Origin: a virus | Taxonomy: Duplodnaviria; Caudoviricetes | IMG/VR virus record: IMGVR_UViG_3300032328_001501 | Location: 1-25,990 of that record | Direction: 5' to 3' (one strand) | Length of the DNA: 25,990 bases | Part shown: positions 24,801 to 25,990 of the stretch, one piece after another | Position numbering within the stretch: position 1 is the first letter of the stretch | Layout: each line of letters opens with the position of its first letter | Made by a program: the position numbers and the translations under genes | Notes under the pieces: generated by a model | The model's input: the letters and a program-made list of their open reading frames with translations, nothing else | Told to the model about the DNA's origin: nothing | The model's database searches: none

Positions 24801-25272
24801 CATCAATAGAAATGTTTTGCACACATTTAGTGATGGCAAAGTGTATGTGCATGATGTTGAAAGCAGTGCGTTGATGTTTTATGGCCAACAGCAGGATGCG
24901 GTGGTAGTAATAAGCGTGAGCGGTCCCCAGTTTTTGCTTACCAAAGCGTATAAAAACATCAGCATAGCCGCCAGCGAAGGCCCCGACTATGTAAAAGCAA
25001 GGACGACGCTGCCTTACGATCAAGAAACCCAGCTGGATGGCGCCGACTTCGACGCAACAGAAGGCAAATACTACAGCCCATGGATGCGCAACCTTAATAC
25101 ACCTGGTATGGAGCCTGCTGTAGCCATTGTGCGCGGTGAAGTGATGCGCGGACAAACCATACTTGTTCAAATAACTTATGAAGGCAAGAATAACAGTGCA
25201 TATAGAAGTAAACGTATATTTGTAAATGCTGTAAATTTGGGAATTGTTTTAAGTAAGGGGCATACTTTTTAA
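21859..25272 (+). CDS. Tail stabilisation/muzzle protein (P22 gp10-like, crAss-like)
   Basis: 1137 aa beta-rich; GLLNSD...YVNALN.R, NRLILG, GVVFYDK, YG..HPES, EGKYY motifs; follows the ring genes. Confidence 0.7.
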   Translation: MIQPVQQTFEGLLNSDDSPEYIAANQYVNALNFRFGKSRAGKFNRFELIESNREVVNVDLFAGTNKLVGKLEDSAKDRIVYLVWNSAGHSGIWVVDASETIYLAIEDADTEVGLGFTKDNYIHSVALVGDLLYWVNGGEPSRLNLEAALKASNAGYSTTVTAYTFPIKETTYRLIRKPPINIPIAVKVIDATINVNQTKDTGFKFCWRYNYRDGETSTLSALSRYTPPNTPAETTAGYNAIDVTLPTAEIIEQDVMIVELVAVYPIDQTYFVIKAWDRQNTADATAITNHNAGTALTFRFSNNTVGYALDNATKVKPFDSVPHEAWAMTIAKNRLILGRTKLGRNTPKTSSLAFTVQSASSLTNPIGEWVKIDSTYYQTFPSLISGLSSNFYCFHLRQTYGSYEEGYYYTPAETSNSTGPASVDLTTWVFMTEKLATFINPICVPQVIWAYRVLVFPYNAATSSVTLINASVPATNITITAGGSTASILKSDAGYVGGVVFYDKWMRQCEVVDDGGAKATTPARLYADAGSYNYGLAWALSNAAATTEIPTWASYYAIVCSKCLRTNFFLQSRASHIIYATLNSATDEYDVITAGNNVYARTNAGIAVKADLLIGYGLGYSFNEGDILTIFISTSRYQVPVKAVQGDWVIGELVDVGNTTSLAALFEIFSPAINSSDRFYYEVSDLLPIQLPGTASRTYSTLSGTIPGDVFLITRNDGTNNYFVEAMSPNDKVWKVWTTNHGRPQVRGGIGEVYSPTGMSHSNVYIPGTRTNGLSSFDALDFTLLPLEMTSLQYLQLTTKVQQEGSVLLAIGEDDTASIYLGESQVFDASGNSFLATSDRFIGQINPLRGGYGTRHPESVAMLDGVVLWLNVVQGKVVQYSNAGLEPVSRFKMEQFWALWCTEYLSKPAAWWTDTDQRNLIIGGIDVFHREYLVALPQILETFRDENNGWDIYSGQAATAVYKVGENRWQGLYGYLAEGFCINRNVLHTFSDGKVYVHDVESSALMFYGQQQDAVVVISVSGPQFLLTKAYKNISIAASEGPDYVKARTTLPYDQETQLDGADFDATEGKYYSPWMRNLNTPGMEPAVAIVRGEVMRGQTILVQITYEGKNNSAYRSKRIFVNAVNLGIVLSKGHTF

Positions 25273-25278
25273 TAAATT

Positions 25279-25293
25279 GTCAAACCGTTTGAC
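25279..25293. promoter_or_regulatory. Palindrome copy 6
   Basis: GTCAAACCGTTTGAC in the gap before the cargo gene. Confidence 0.65.
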
Positions 25294-25308
25294 TAAAACC
25301 GATGTGAT

Positions 25309-25872
25309 ATGATATTTGGCACCATACAACGACTTGCACTGGCAGGCAAGCAAAAGAAGCTGGCCAATAAAATCAATCCCGTAGATGTAACCTACGAAGC
25401 CAGCCCCTACGCCAAGGAAATGTTGGCTGGCAGGCGGCAGCGGATGAACAGCCGGATGGCCGGCGCTGATGCCGCTGGCCGCAGCTTGCAGCAAAACAAA
25501 GCCAATGTAGTAGGTACTGCCACCCGTAATGCCACCAGTGGAGCGCAGATGCTTTCGGTGGCCGCAGCAGCCCAGGGCCAAGCCGACAGCGGCGCAGCTC
25601 GCCTGCAGCAGATGGAAAACAGCAACGACCAGGCCAATGCCAATGCGCTTGACCGTGCTTTGGGTACCAATATTGCCGAAGGCGACAAGGTGTTTAATGA
25701 CAAAATGCGCAAGTTTATGCAGGAGCGCCGGGCGAAGGACGCACTGATGCAAAGCAGCATGCAAAACAAAGCCGCGGCATGGGATGGATTGGACAATGGG
25801 ATAGCCAGTATTGCGGGAGCGGCTTTTGGCGGCCCATTGGGTAAAAAGGTTGCTGACAAAATTATTAAATAG
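25309..25872 (+). CDS. Putative internal virion (ejection/cargo) protein
   Basis: Ala/Gln-rich helical protein with a Gly/Ala hydrophobic C-terminal segment, directly after the muzzle gene. Confidence 0.6.
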   Translation: MIFGTIQRLALAGKQKKLANKINPVDVTYEASPYAKEMLAGRRQRMNSRMAGADAAGRSLQQNKANVVGTATRNATSGAQMLSVAAAAQGQADSGAARLQQMENSNDQANANALDRALGTNIAEGDKVFNDKMRKFMQERRAKDALMQSSMQNKAAAWDGLDNGIASIAGAAFGGPLGKKVADKIIK

Positions 25873-25880
25873 AAAAACTG

Positions 25881-25990
25881 ATGCCTTACGGAAACGGACA
25901 GGAGTATGCGGTAGTGTTGCCTCGCAGTAGTGCGGGGCAGTTGTTTGCGCAGACATATTTGAATGCGCAGCGCAACGCACAGCGCGTGGC
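25881..25990 (+). CDS. 5' part of the next virion gene (partial)
   Basis: ATG 25881, open to the window end: MPYGNGQEYAVVLPRSSAGQLFAQ... Confidence 0.6.
   Translation, partial: MPYGNGQEYAVVLPRSSAGQLFAQTYLNAQRNAQRV

Overview
A 26 kb internal segment of a temperate Bacteroidota phage, apparently in the non-integrated form because attP is intact and flanked by phage genes on both sides. The host assignment rests on TTTG-N19-TAnnTTTG promoters and the integrase type. Left to right: (1) a leftward replication/recombination operon with Prim-Pol, SF2 helicase, C5 DNA methyltransferase, SSB-like protein, RecE-like exonuclease, Rad52/Sak-like annealase, a tRNA-like element, HTH genes and an AntA antirepressor; (2) a lysogeny module with a CI-like repressor, lipoprotein, tyrosine integrase and an attP core matching a tmRNA-type 3' end; (3) small leftward early genes including RadC/JAB; (4) an origin-like long inverted repeat, a wHTH gene and a dif-like XerCD site; (5) VRR-NUC and HTH genes followed by a rightward virion operon resembling crAss-like/podovirus tails (GroES-like, ring proteins, muzzle, cargo). 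The most striking feature is an AT-rich block at about 2576-4582 built like an integron gene-cassette array: an attI-like end, two complete attC-like sites and one truncated site, with cassette-specific end complementarity. All cassette genes point opposite to the inferred attC polarity and co-directionally with the phage operon. The first cassette carries a two-polypeptide, overlapping-frame cytosine methyltransferase. All calls come from reading motifs by eye; no database searches were run.
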